The notes under the pieces were generated by a model. It made no database searches. It was not told the origin of the DNA and saw only the letters and a list, made by a program, of their open reading frames with translations. A DNA stretch of 35,472 nt from Neoconidiobolus thromboides FSU 785 (taxonomy: Eukaryota; Fungi; Entomophthoromycota). The stretch spans positions 1-35,472 of the forward strand of contig MU626458.1 of NCBI GenBank assembly GCA_025603075.1, written 5' to 3'. Position 1 is the first letter of the stretch. Each line of letters starts with the position of its first letter. Below are positions 23,243 to 34,766 of the stretch, in pieces. Made by a program: the position numbers and the translations under genes.

Positions 23243-23816
23243 ATCTATTAGAAGTAATTTTCATAATCAAATTAATCTATAGAGCTAATTTTTTTAAAGC
23301 TTGACTCTTTGATTTTAGCCGAATTTTAACCTTTTTTTTCAAATGAGCAGTTGATCAGGTCGCAAGCGTTGTAATAGGCGTAACGGTTTAAATATTTCTA
23401 CCTTATTTCTTTAATAGAGTCACTATTTTTTCTAATTGTATTTGATTTATTTTTGTTTCATATTTTTTTGAATTTTTAAAGAATGTCTGAAAAGTATGGA
23501 GAATACTGTAGTTTAATAAAGTCTATAGCTCAAATTATAGTCTGAAGCTTAAAGGGTCAATTTATAAAAGAACTCACTAAATATTGCGTACCAAACTTGG
23601 TCAAAGATTTTTTTGGTTAACAGAATGCTTATTCTATAATATCTATGACGTTAACACTTTAGCTAATTCGTTGCCCACATTGCTTATTTTTTCGATATAA
23701 ATCATTTAACCCAAAAAGTTCAAGATTTTCAAAAAAAGGTAGTATGTAACAAGTCATTGAAATTGACAGTTATATAAAGAATAGGTAAAATAATCCAAGT
23801 TAAATACACAGTTGAA

Positions 23817-25508
23817 ATCAAAATAGTATCATTAATAGTTAACTTTGTAATTTTAGGTAGATTAAATGAGTTTGCTGGTAAAGGAGAGTTGTTCGATGTG
23901 AATAATAATCTTAAACTAAATATTGTCGTGCATTCTACTTTTGGTGGAAGAAATCATATAAAGGCTATATTAGAAATAGGGAATGAGTTGGTAAATGGGG
24001 GACATCGGGTAACTTATGCGTCGTTAGAAGAACATATTAGATTTTCAAGAGGTCATAATATCGGAAACTACTCTAAGTAAAGGATTTCTCGATAATACTA
24101 AGATGAGAAATATGATGAAAAAACGTATCTTGAATAAAGGTACAGAAAATGCTTTCAAAACAATCAGAAACACTTTAGATTCAATTCTTTTGAAAAGTTA
24201 TGAAGACACATTTGAACCGCTTAAAGAGCATCTAATAGAAACCGAGCCAGATCTTCTGTTTTTGTGACCTAATTACTCATCCGTGTATCGATTTGGTAAA
24301 GCATTTAGGTATTCCACTGATTAAAGGATATCAAACTACTAACGACACTGGCTTAACAATGGAACAAAAGTATAGCCCAATTTATACTAAAGATATGCCT
24401 TTTATTGAGCGTTTTTATTTTCAAGTTGTTAAACAAGCAATAAGCCTTTATTATTTATATCAAATTACTCATATGGAAAATAAAATAAGAGAAAAGTATA
24501 GGATTCCACCCACGTATGGAATAGATACAGTATTGGATTATGGATTAAATATTGCAAATACTTATTCTGGTTTTGAGCCGGCAATTGCAATGGTATCAAG
24601 TATAATTTAAGTAGGCTCGTTTGTACCTGAGAACAAAAAAAGATTAACTCCTCAATTAGATGAGTTTTAATCATCATGAAAACACGTTGTTCACCGCCTT
24701 TGGCTCAAATGCTGTACTAAATAATGATTAGTTAAAAAGGATTTTACAAGGTTTACTATTAGCACTTGAAGAAGGGATTATTGATGGAGTAATATGGGGA
24801 TTGGGGCGTATTAAACAAAGCGATTTTCCATTTGAAGTCAATAATGGTAAAGGTAGCAAAACAAAGGTGCGAGAATTGTTTGAGGGAAAGAATCCTAATA
24901 TTAAATTGCTACCTTGGGCACCTCAAGTTTTTATTTTAGACCATAAAAATACTAAACTATTCTTATTACATAGCGGTTTAGAATCTACATTCAAAGCAAT
25001 TCATTCAGGTACCTTAGTATTATGTCTAGCATTATTTGCAGATCAAGCAAGAAATGCCCGTAAGATAGAAGAGACAGGAATAGGGCTTTATGTTGGGAAA
25101 TTTACATTTACACCCAAATCTTTAAAAGAACAACTTAAAATTGCTATTGAAGATAAAGATGATGAATTTAAATCGAACTTATCAAGGATGAGAACTATTT
25201 CGCACCACAATTCTAGAAGACTTAATTATGCTGCTGATTTGTTTGAACAACATACATATACCGCTAAGGCATGTAGAAAACATGAACCTTATAATCCTAA
25301 GTTCAACCTACCGCCTTGTGAAATCAAACATCTTATTCCAGTATCAGATCAAATGTCTTATATAAAAGCTAAAGGTATTCATATCTATGGAGTAGCTATT
25401 TTATTGGTGTCATTAAGCTTTGTATCGTTTTTATATTCTTTATACTACTTACCTAAACTTGGATATAAATTTTATAAGCAATTAACTACCAAAGCTAAAA
25501 CAGAATAA
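23817..25508 (+). pseudogene. Membrane-anchored UDP-glycosyltransferase (GT1) pseudogene
   Basis: Signal-like IKIVSLIVNFVILG (probable ATG changed to ATC at 23817), GGRNHIKAILEIG.EL...GH.VT, and the UGT signature WAPQ..IL.H..TKLFL.HSG.ES...AIHSG...L.L.LFADQ..NA, plus a C-terminal TM. Broken by stops or frameshifts near 24080, 24265, 24610 and 24690-24730. Confidence 0.85.
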
Positions 25509-25931
25509 ATAAATAACTTCAACGTTAATATATTATGGTTAACTTTAGTTTCTATCATCCACCTTTTACTGATATGTTTTCATATGAAAACAGAAATATA
25601 GACATCAAGACATAGAACGATGCTATTGAATGATAATAGCGGTTTTTATCAAAAATATAAATACAATTGTACAGATTTTATCCAAATGTTTATTTTTTCT
25701 ATTTTTGCTACTTGAATATACGTTAATGATTTTAGTCTTTTGTTTGAAGTTCATCTGACCTTTGATAATACTATCATTATTCTTTATTAGTATTGTTAAT
25801 TATTTTAATAGTCCCTCTATACACTTTGATAAGAATACATTAGAAATAGTGCAAGTCAAATTCGAAATTTTTCTATCTAGTCATGTTAACAAATGACGTT
25901 ATTAAAAAGAAAAAACTCAAATTTAGTATAT

Positions 25932-26027
25932 AAGGATGTTTTATTGGCTTCATTACTTTCTGTCTTTTAAGCGCTATTTAAGTGGAAAAATTGTTAGTAA
26001 AATTCTTAAACATAAAAACACATTCCT
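25932..26027 (-). mobile_element. MITE copy with eroded termini
   Basis: AAGGATGT...ACATTCCT, ATAT on both sides, AGCGCT core intact. Confidence 0.9.
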
Positions 26028-26041
26028 ATATCTTAAATTGC

Positions 26042-26305
26042 ATCAACAGTATCTTCTGGACAAATTATATATATCATGATTGTATAGATTCAAATCCTAG
26101 GATTTTAAAATAATAAAAGCGTAATAAAATAACTTATATACATTGAAGGCCATAGTTAAGGTTAGGGCTTAATTTTTTATTGGCGAAATGGTTCAAAAAG
26201 GGGCAGAAGCTATTTTATTACATTTTTATTATTTCAAAATCCTAGGATTTGAATCTATACAATCATGATATATACAATTTGTCCAGAAGATGCCATTGAT
26301 CCCTC
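26042..26305. mobile_element. Foldback / long-TIR non-autonomous element (~94-bp arms, ~71-bp spacer)
   Basis: 26042-26135 is the near-perfect reverse complement of 26207-26300 (atcttctggacaaatt...gattcaaatcctaggattt). Confidence 0.8.
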
Positions 26306-26561
26306 AAATTTATAAATGTTTGGGTTTATTGACTACCTAAGCTTGTGGTTAAAATTAATATTTACAATATTTTAATTAATAAAATTCTTAATTGATAAAA
26401 CAGTTTTTGCTCTTTTTAGTACAATGTTTTTTTGATTCTAAATCTAAAAAAAGGGAAAAGAGCGAATTAAAAAGAAGAGAAAAAAAAAAGAATGATGAGA
26501 AAAATGATGAATAAAGATTAAAATTTAGGTTAACAAAAAATCACTTTAAAACATAAATAGA

Positions 26562-29062
26562 ATGATCCATTTACCGTATATAACAAATAAACAAATGCAA
26601 CAAAAAAAAGAAGAAAAAGAGATTAAGAAATTGAGGCCAATAGCACCTACCAACAGTTCATTAAAAATGAAAACTAAAGTGATACAAAATTATTCCAAAG
26701 TTTATAATAATTTAGGACTGTTTTTAGCATGTAGTTTTCGTACTTCTTGGTCCCAAACTGGTCAGTTAATTCGTATTAAAGATAATAAAATCATCATTGA
26801 GAATATAAAGCCAGTTTATGTTAATGAAACCATTAACCAAAATGAGAATGAAATCTATCAATTAAACAGGAAAGCTCATCTGAATAACTTAACCATTGAA
26901 GTTAACGATGAGGATAATAGCAGTATCAACAGTAATAATTCTGGCAATAAGTTACCCAAATCAAGGTTTGAGCCTGTAGCATTTATTAAAGAAATGGAGC
27001 CATTGGTTTTAAACAACCCAACTGTATTTTCAAAGCACGAAGCTGCTTTATGGACTTTAATCCCTATTTTATTCAATAACAACGATACTAATATAGCAAA
27101 CAATAAAAGCAATAATGTAACCAATGTAAATAATAGTGGTTACGAAGCAATTAAAGAACATCAATATCAACTCAAAAAAAGTCATCAGTTGAAATCATGG
27201 TTTCAAAAAGTAATAAAAAATAATCCATTTTTTAATGACATAAACAATCAAACTCAAAATAATAATAGTCCTAGTACAGTATTGAATAAGATCCTATATT
27301 ATTTAAAACAAAAAGATATTATTGAAGCAACGGAATTGGCTTACAAAAATGGCTATCCTAGGTTAGCTACACTTTTGGTTCAAGCGGGTGGTGACTTTAA
27401 GTTTAAAAATTATTTGATCATGCAACTTAAAATTTGGATGGAAAATAAAAGCAACAAGTTTATTGAAAAGGAGATGATTAGTATATATTTATTGTTGTCA
27501 GGTAATTTTGTTTTATTATTTTATCGTAATATGTTGTGTTTTTTATTAGTTAAATTACATTATATATTTTATTTTATTCTATTATTATATATTAATTAAA
27601 CAATATAGGGAATATCTATATCAACGATTTGCTTAAGAATGAGTTAGTCAATTACAAAAAAGAGTTAATACAAGTCCATTGGTTTCATAGTTTAAGTTTA
27701 CATTTCTGGTATAGTTCTTTTTATGATCAACATTTTAAATTAAGTTTAACCCAATTTACAAATCAAATTCAATTGTATCCTAATTTATACCCTTCACCTT
27801 ATTATGAAATGAATAATAATAATAATAATAATAATAACAGCAATAATAGCTTAAATAGTAGCAATAATATATTGAATAGTAACGTTGATAATGATAATAC
27901 ATTAAATAATAATAATTTAAAACATCAAGACATTTTATTTCAATTATTAAACTATTATTCTTTAAACGAATTAAACTTAAGTGAGTTACTAAATCCATTA
28001 TGTATTACCAAAGATACTCTAGATGTAAGGCGTAGCTACTATTTGTCCTTAATCTTATTAAATAACAAGTCATTACATGATGTTATTAACAGAAGTCAAG
28101 TCCAAGAATTCAATTTGAAGTTAAAGCAGGATTATTGCTATCAATTATTAAGTCATAAAGAATGGATTTATACAATTTTATTATTATTACATTTAGACAA
28201 CGAACTACTCAAAAAAAATCAAATTGATCAGATTTTATTGCAAAATCTAACTTTACTACAAGAAGAGGAATCAATAACTTATTATTATAATCAATTTCCA
28301 AGTCAAGCTATCTTAGCACAAGACAAAGATTTATTATTAAATGAACAAGATCGATTTTTAATTTATAATTTAGGGTTACCAAAGGAATGGATCCATGAGA
28401 ATAAAGCATACATTGCCATAGATCAAGACAAATATAACGAGGCTATCCAACACTTTTTGTTGGCAAAGATGTACTATGAAGCTCATCAAATAGCCTTATA
28501 TCAGTTGCTACCAGATTTAGTTATTAATGAGCAATATTTATTAGTGAAAGATTACATTTATCAATTAGAACAATATCCTATACCAACTATTGAGAATTAC
28601 AACTTAACAATTTATAAAGAATATTTGAGTATATTATTCTTAATCAACAATATTGAAAGTGAGAATAAAAAAATAATAAACAATAATAATGATAGTTTTA
28701 TTGATCATAATAATTATAATATTAAAATAAATGAAAAGGAAATAGAAGAAAAGTTACAAGAACAGATGAGTCAAATTAACCGAAAGAGTAATTATTTGAT
28801 AGAAAAAATGCAACGCTATCCTCCTTTAGGTTATACTTTACCCCCTGGCTTATTAAATTATCCCCTTTCTTTCGAAAAGTTAAATTTAACAGCAAATTTA
28901 ATTCAAACTACTATCTTAAAATTTAATTGCTCACTAAATGATAGTAATTATACTATGAATAATAATAATGCTTATGATAACAATAGCAATATTAGCAACA
29001 TGAATAACAATAACAATAATTTAAAACTAATTCATCAGATGCTTCATTTTGATGAAGAATAA
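26562..29062 (+). CDS. NUP96: Nucleoporin Nup96 (Nup145C-like) moiety only; intron 27502-27608; start codon uncertain
   Basis: LGLFLACSFRTSW..TGQL, LKSWFQKVI, A.ELA.K.GYPRLATLLVQAG, QLKIW, IYLLLSGN, WFHSLSLHFWY and W.YTILLLLH match Nup96 blocks. Asn-rich inserts. Confidence 0.85.
27812..27838 (+). repeat. (AAT)8 microsatellite encoding poly-Asn in Nup96
   Basis: Direct reading of the sequence; further Asn-rich tracts occur near 28950-29020. Confidence 0.9.
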
Positions 29063-29193
29063 ATTTCATCTCCTTAGTACTTTACAAAAAGCCAAAATGA
29101 ATTTCATTGGCTACTCTCTTTAAAAATAAAAATAAAAATTTATCTAGTTTATTGTTATTTTATTACTACTATTATTATAATATATTTTCATAA

Positions 29194-30003
29194 ATGAAGT
29201 TCAATCGAATCCATTTTAATATTCAACCCTGTTTACAGACGATTAGTCAAAAGTCAGCATTATATAACAATTATCTCAAAGACATTGAAATAATACCCAA
29301 TTTTATTAATGAAAAAGAAGAGGAAAAGTTAATATTATTTAGTAATAAAAAAATGAAAAGGAAACAATATGAGTTAAACCATATCGATAATAAGATATTA
29401 AATTATAGAGAAGTCCAAGTTTCTAGCATTGAGGATGAAGAAATTTTGAACATTATTGATAAAGTTCATGGAATGTTTAAAGATAAGATTTGGCTGCCTT
29501 TACATATTTTAGGTAATATTTTATCAATTGTTTTTTATTTATTGTTCGTTTGATGTACTTAGATTTAAATAATAATGGTAAAATTTTACCTCATATTGAT
29601 AACCATGAGGTAATTTAATAGATTATATATGTTTTATAACAATAATAACAATAAATGTAGTTATCAGGTTCCATCATTATTGGACTATCTTTATTAAGCG
29701 ATACTAAGATCAAGTTTCAACATCAAGATGGTGATCATGAGTTTGAGTTATTAGCTAATCGTCGTTCACTTTATATTCAAAAGTAATACTTTGTTTTTTT
29801 GTTTAAGTTTAGCATTATTTATTTATAATTAGAGATTCAATAAGATATAATTATTTACACAGTATAATGAATGATAACAATGAATTTTTATTTAATAACC
29901 AAGTTTATTCAAGTGGTAGAAGAATTTCTTGGCTCTTTAGAGTAATTTCATTTATTTATCATTATTACAATTACTAATTTAACCCAAGGATGCTAAACTA
30001 TAA
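29194..30003 (+). CDS. ALKBH7: AlkB-family 2OG-Fe(II) dioxygenase, ALKBH7-like (5 exons)
   Basis: IIPNFINEKEEE, NHIDNKI.NYRE, HIL/DL...G.ILPHIDN, SGSIIIGLSLLS, RRSLYIQ/..RY.Y.HSI and RRISWLFR/D motifs joined by GT-AG introns. Stop at 30001-30003. Confidence 0.78.
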
Positions 30004-30120
30004 AAATTATAAAAACAAACAAAGTATGTTTTATGTTTATTGCTATGAAAAAAGCAAAGGATGCAAAAATAAAGTTAGAAAGGGAAATACACTGCTTTTT
30101 TAAGTATAATAAATAATTAG

Positions 30121-30795
30121 TTATGATTTAAAATTAATAGGCTTCAATTCTAAAACTCCTAATTTTTCTCTTTTCTCTTTTTCCAATATATCAAAATCAT
30201 CATTTATAAATAAGCTATTAGTATTACTCGAATTACCATTATTTGTCTGATATGTTATAAGCTTCGAGTTATTTTTCATTATCGACCACCAGTAATTTCC
30301 TAACGGTTGTTTACTATTATTTCTGGTCATTACCAGGGTATTTAGAATAATTCGATGTATAAATAATGAATTATTAAAATAATTGGCGTTGTTACTATTA
30401 GTTTTACTGTCACTACTATTGCTACTATTAAAAAAAGATCCAAGGTCAATTTGATAAATCAAATTATTTAACTCTCCTTTTTTCTTATATTTTAACCGTC
30501 TTAAACTTCCAGTTTCTGACTCAAAGTCGACATCTATCACCTCTTCTTCTTTGAGTTTAATGATGTCTTTTTGTTTAGTTATTATTTGTTGACTTTCGAT
30601 TTGGCCTTGGGTACTTTTACTTTTGGTTATTAATTTCAACGCCACTGAAGTTGGCTTAATCTCCTGTTGTGGCTGTGTGGGTTGACTGGTATTTTGTTTA
30701 TTATTATTATTGTATTTTAATTTAAGCATAAATTCTAATTACCTTAGTGGCCACCAACTCGACACTTTTTCTGGTATTAAAGACCATAAACTCAT
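30121..30795 (-). CDS. Hypothetical protein (2 exons)
   Basis: Long open frame. A likely first exon MSLWSLIPEKVSSWWPL (ATG 30795) splices via GTAATT...CCAG to SQPTQPQQEIK. No family recognised. Confidence 0.55.
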
Positions 30796-31366
30796 ACTTG
30801 CTTCTATTTAGTGAGTTAAATTGATAAAATATTAAATTTATGATCTGAACTAAATTTTTAAAGAGGCATAAGTTACTTAGCTAAATGAAGTTATTCTTAA
30901 TTCCTATTGGTTAATTTAAATATAAAAAATACAATCATCTTCATACTTCTATTAGCATTAAAACTTAAATTAGTGTTTAATAATCAAATTCAAAGTTTTA
31001 ACTGCTGTCTTTTAAATAGTAAACTGTAAATAATAACTTTAATTGATAAAGCAACGTAAATGGTATAGATAATTTGAAGCTGACTATTGAATTGAAAATT
31101 GAAAAATAAAAAAATTAAACTTTTTTGTAATTATTTTAAATTAGCTTTAAGATAATAATCATAAAAATTAGTCATATTTCTAAGCCAAAAGTTTGGGCTA
31201 AATCTTATCCAAAACCTTACAAATTAAAAAGTAAAAAACTTGTTTTTATTAAAATTGCCCAATAATAATGATTTGCCAAAGAAAAAGTTCCAAAAATAAC
31301 AGCTAAAAGAAAAAGGAGGCTAAAAACCAACAACAGTTTTTTTATATTGGTATTTATTTTTAAAGA

Positions 31367-32398
31367 ATGCAGGATAAAAATAAAGGGATGGAAGATAACG
31401 AAGAAATTAAATTAAGTAAAAAAGATGTTAAGCAGGTAATCTATTTTATATCATGTAAAAACTAATATCTTATTTGTGACAATTAGTTAGCAGAATGTTT
31501 TAGTATCATATCAGAAAAAAGTAATCTTATAGCACAGATGTTGGCTAATCTTTGTTTGTCAAACAATAACAATATTAAACATGAGCTTACTATTAATGGG
31601 AATCATAACGCTAAAGCCAGTAGTAAACAAAGTCAAGAAAAAGGGACTGTAGTTAAAAAAAGAGGTAGAAAAAGTAAAGCTTCAAATGATGAAGATCCAG
31701 TACCAAATCCCAACTTAAATGACAATGATGATGATAACGAAAACGATACCAATGAAAATAGCACCAATGAAAACGAATTTAATGATAATAATAATTCTAC
31801 TGAGGAAAAAACAAAGAGAAAGTATAATAAAAGGACTAAACAAAAGCCAGATCCGAACGCACCAAAGAAGCCAAATACAGCATATATGTTATATTGTTTA
31901 GATAAACGAAGCCAAGTAGTGGAAGCTAATCCTCATTTAGGGGCTAATGATATCTTTCGATTTTTAGGAGAGTCTTGGCGTACGTTGGGTCCAGATGAAA
32001 AAAAAGAATACTTGAGTCGATACCAACGGGAGAAAGTGATTTATGATCAAAAAATGGATGAGTATAAAAAGAGTGATAGTTATCTGCTTAGAATGTTAAA
32101 TAAAAAAAATTCAGTGAGTAATGGTAATGGAGCAGAAACCAATATTAAAAAGAAGAAAAAATATAGTAAAAAGAAGGATATAGGTAATGGGAGTACTGAT
32201 GCTGATACCGCAAAATTAGAGTTGAATGGTGGTTTAAATAAAAAGGATGCTATAGTAAACTATGGTATTACAAACAATAACAATGGTTCTGCTCAACCTT
32301 CTTTAGAAAATCAAGTAGAAATAGCACAAACTCCACAAGAAAATAAACAAGAAAGTAATAATATAATAAATCAAACTAATTCGGTTTTGTCTAATTAA
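31367..32398 (+). CDS. Single HMG-box chromatin protein (HMGB/Nhp6/Hmo1-type); intron 31436-31486
   Basis: KPDPNAPKKPNTAYMLYC...NP.L...DI.R.LGESWRTL...EK..Y....REK..Y, preceded by an acidic/Asn tract and a KKRGRK motif, followed by a Lys-rich tail. Confidence 0.88.
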
Positions 32399-32661
32399 AA
32401 AGGAGCTTTATTTTATGTTTGAAAATTAAGAAATAAATGAAAATAGTTTTTTATCTTTTTATCTGTTTCATACTTGTACACTTTTTTATCAATTTTATTT
32501 AAAGATAAAAAACGAACACTTATTAAATGAGATAATTGTCCAATCATTACTGATAACGATCCATTCATTATTAAAGATTGGTTTGTATTATTTAATCAGA
32601 TAAAAATAGACAAGTTTGAATTCATAAACTTATTTCTTTAAATATTATTTAAACAATAAAG

Positions 32662-33297
32662 ATGAGTTTGTATGGCGATTTACCAGCCCCACAAAAGGCA
32701 TTAGATAGTATTCAAATTGAGGATAAAGCATTGAAAGTGGTCAGTAAAGCGGATGATAAAAATGAAACTTTAACAATTAAAGGTAGGTAATCAATTAGTA
32801 AATTTATTATAATTTAAAAAATATAATAAAGCTCTTAAAATATTCCTATTATCTTAGCTATACCACTCGATTTTTTACCCGCTAGTTTGAAGAGGAAAGC
32901 GGTCAATAATGATAAAAAAAATTTAAAAAAAAGTTTTAATTATAAGGTTGTTGAGGCTGACGTTGTTGACCAAAAGATAGAAGAAGAGAATGAAGAAGTA
33001 GAAGTAAATCAAGTTGAAAAGGAAGAGGAAGTCATAGATTATGAAGTCTATGACCCTAAAGTACCAAATGAATATGAAAAGATGTGTGAACTAAGAGAAA
33101 TGATTGCGACCAAAGCCAATAACACTAATAATGAAATGGAGTATGATAATTACACTATGGACTATAATGGCAATTTTGAAGAAGAAGAAGAAGAAGAAAG
33201 AGAGACCTTTAACAAAGTCAGTATCAATAAAGCCGATTTAGCCATTTCTGGAGAAGAAGCTTACCTTAAAAGACTTCAGTTAAGTAAAGGGAAATGA
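32662..33297 (+). CDS. SPF45: SPF45/RBM17-like splicing factor, N-terminal portion only; intron 32783-32857
   Basis: MSLYGDLP start, F.PASLKRK, YDPKVPNEYE and SGEEAYLKRLQLS motifs. Stops before any G-patch or UHM. Confidence 0.7.
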
Positions 33298-33374
33298 AAA
33301 TTAAGAGCTTTTGAGATAGGATGGCTATTTATTTAAATAAAAAAATTTCTTAAAAAGAGAATAACAATTTATTT

Positions 33375-34345
33375 TAATTTTAAAGATTTTTAAAAAGAGC
33401 GCTAAACAGGTTAATGAATCAATAATATAAAACATAAAATTAAACAACTGTAATAAAATGTAGCATATATGTCAAAATTGGTTTCTTTTAAGCTTAATAA
33501 TGTCATTATCACGTCTGGTAATAAACATGATATATAAATTATCATTATTAAGCTTATTTTTGATAGTAACATAGCTTTTTTTTAGTCTTGTTTGATTGAC
33601 TGTCGACAGCTGAGATCCATTCCGGTTTGACCGAAAAATAGTTTCTTGCTTTTTTTATGAAGTTATTGGCCAGTTGGTCCCACTATCCGGGTTAAAATTA
33701 TATTATAGATTAGTGTTACCACTATTATTAAGCCGGATGTTTAAGGCGCAAGTTTGGGTTTCTAGCAGTAGTACCAAATGGAATAGTAAGGTCCATTGTT
33801 ATAAAATAAGAAACCGTGACACTGGAATAGTAGAACATAAAATAAAGTATGTTATTCTTTTCGATATCGGTGCTTGGAACGCGATAAGGATCCAATCCAT
33901 ATCATGAGTAGAAGTTATAGTAAGCATGTGAACTTGATAGTATAAGCGATAATGAGACATATAGTATAATTGTTTGATAGCAACGTGTAAGTGTTATTTC
34001 CTCAAATTAGTAAATTTTACTGTACCTTATAATGCTCAGTAAAGCAGCCAGCTCAATAGAAGTAATGATATTAGTAACTACCACACTAGACTTTAAAGCA
34101 AAATACCATATTGGGGTAGATATCGAAGTCTCTCTATTAGAAATCATAATGGTATTTTCAACTATTGCTATAAGCAAGATGACTATTAGATAAAAGATAG
34201 TATTATTGATAACGATTATTGATCCTGTTGTTAGTTCCAAGTTATCTTTTAAGTTTAAGTTAGTACGAGTTATTCTTATTATTAGTAGGTTTGCTAGTAG
34301 AGAGATTGTAGAGATTGCTATATATTCTGTGTATTCTATGCTCAT
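33375..34345 (-). pseudogene. 7TM GPCR pseudogene of the same family
   Basis: ISTISLLANLLII (TM1), SIELAALLSIIRY (TM3), IIYISCLLPDVIM (TM6) and degenerate H*PV*R (HDPSKR). In-frame stops at 34007-34009 and 33903-33905, and others. End coordinate approximate. Confidence 0.8.
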
Positions 34346-34766
34346 TGTAGCTATCAAATTAAAAACTAAAACGATTTTTAGTTTCTGATTTACTGCTCTG
34401 TATAAAAGTATTTTAAATTATACTATGGTAATTTCCCATGCGAAATTTTATGGTTAACTTGGAAAGCAAAGATTTAAAAGTAAAATGTAAAACCAAATTA
34501 GTATATGGCTAATCTTTATTTATAACAATAAAGTACTGTTTATATATTACTATTTAGAACAAAGGTTATAATATGGCCATAATTAACTTATTATTTGTTC
34601 TTTTTGTCTTTTGTAATTTTTAAGTTGATTTTCTAAATTTTAATAGATTTTAATATTTATAAATTTATAAATTTAGATGAAATTGTTAAAAATAATTGTT
34701 AGTTTCATTATTTAGAATTTTCATAACTTAGATTTTACCTTCAAAGTAACTTTAAATTAAAAATAT

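Noticed and set aside
26155-26170. TTAGGG-like sequence in the foldback spacer as a telomeric repeat
   Set aside because: A single unit only, expected by chance.
31367-32398. HMG gene as a mating-type (SexP/SexM-like) locus
   Set aside because: The box is of the non-sequence-specific HMGB/Nhp6 type (DPNAPKKPNTAY), not MATA-HMG (RPxNAF). No TPT or RNA-helicase flanking genes are present.
24465-34388. ORFs 24465-24677, 26876-27124, 27780-27998, 31719-31901, 33674-33907 and 34206-34388
   Set aside because: Antisense or off-frame overlaps of the UGT, Nup96, HMG and GPCR-pseudogene sequences; several arise from AAT repeats.
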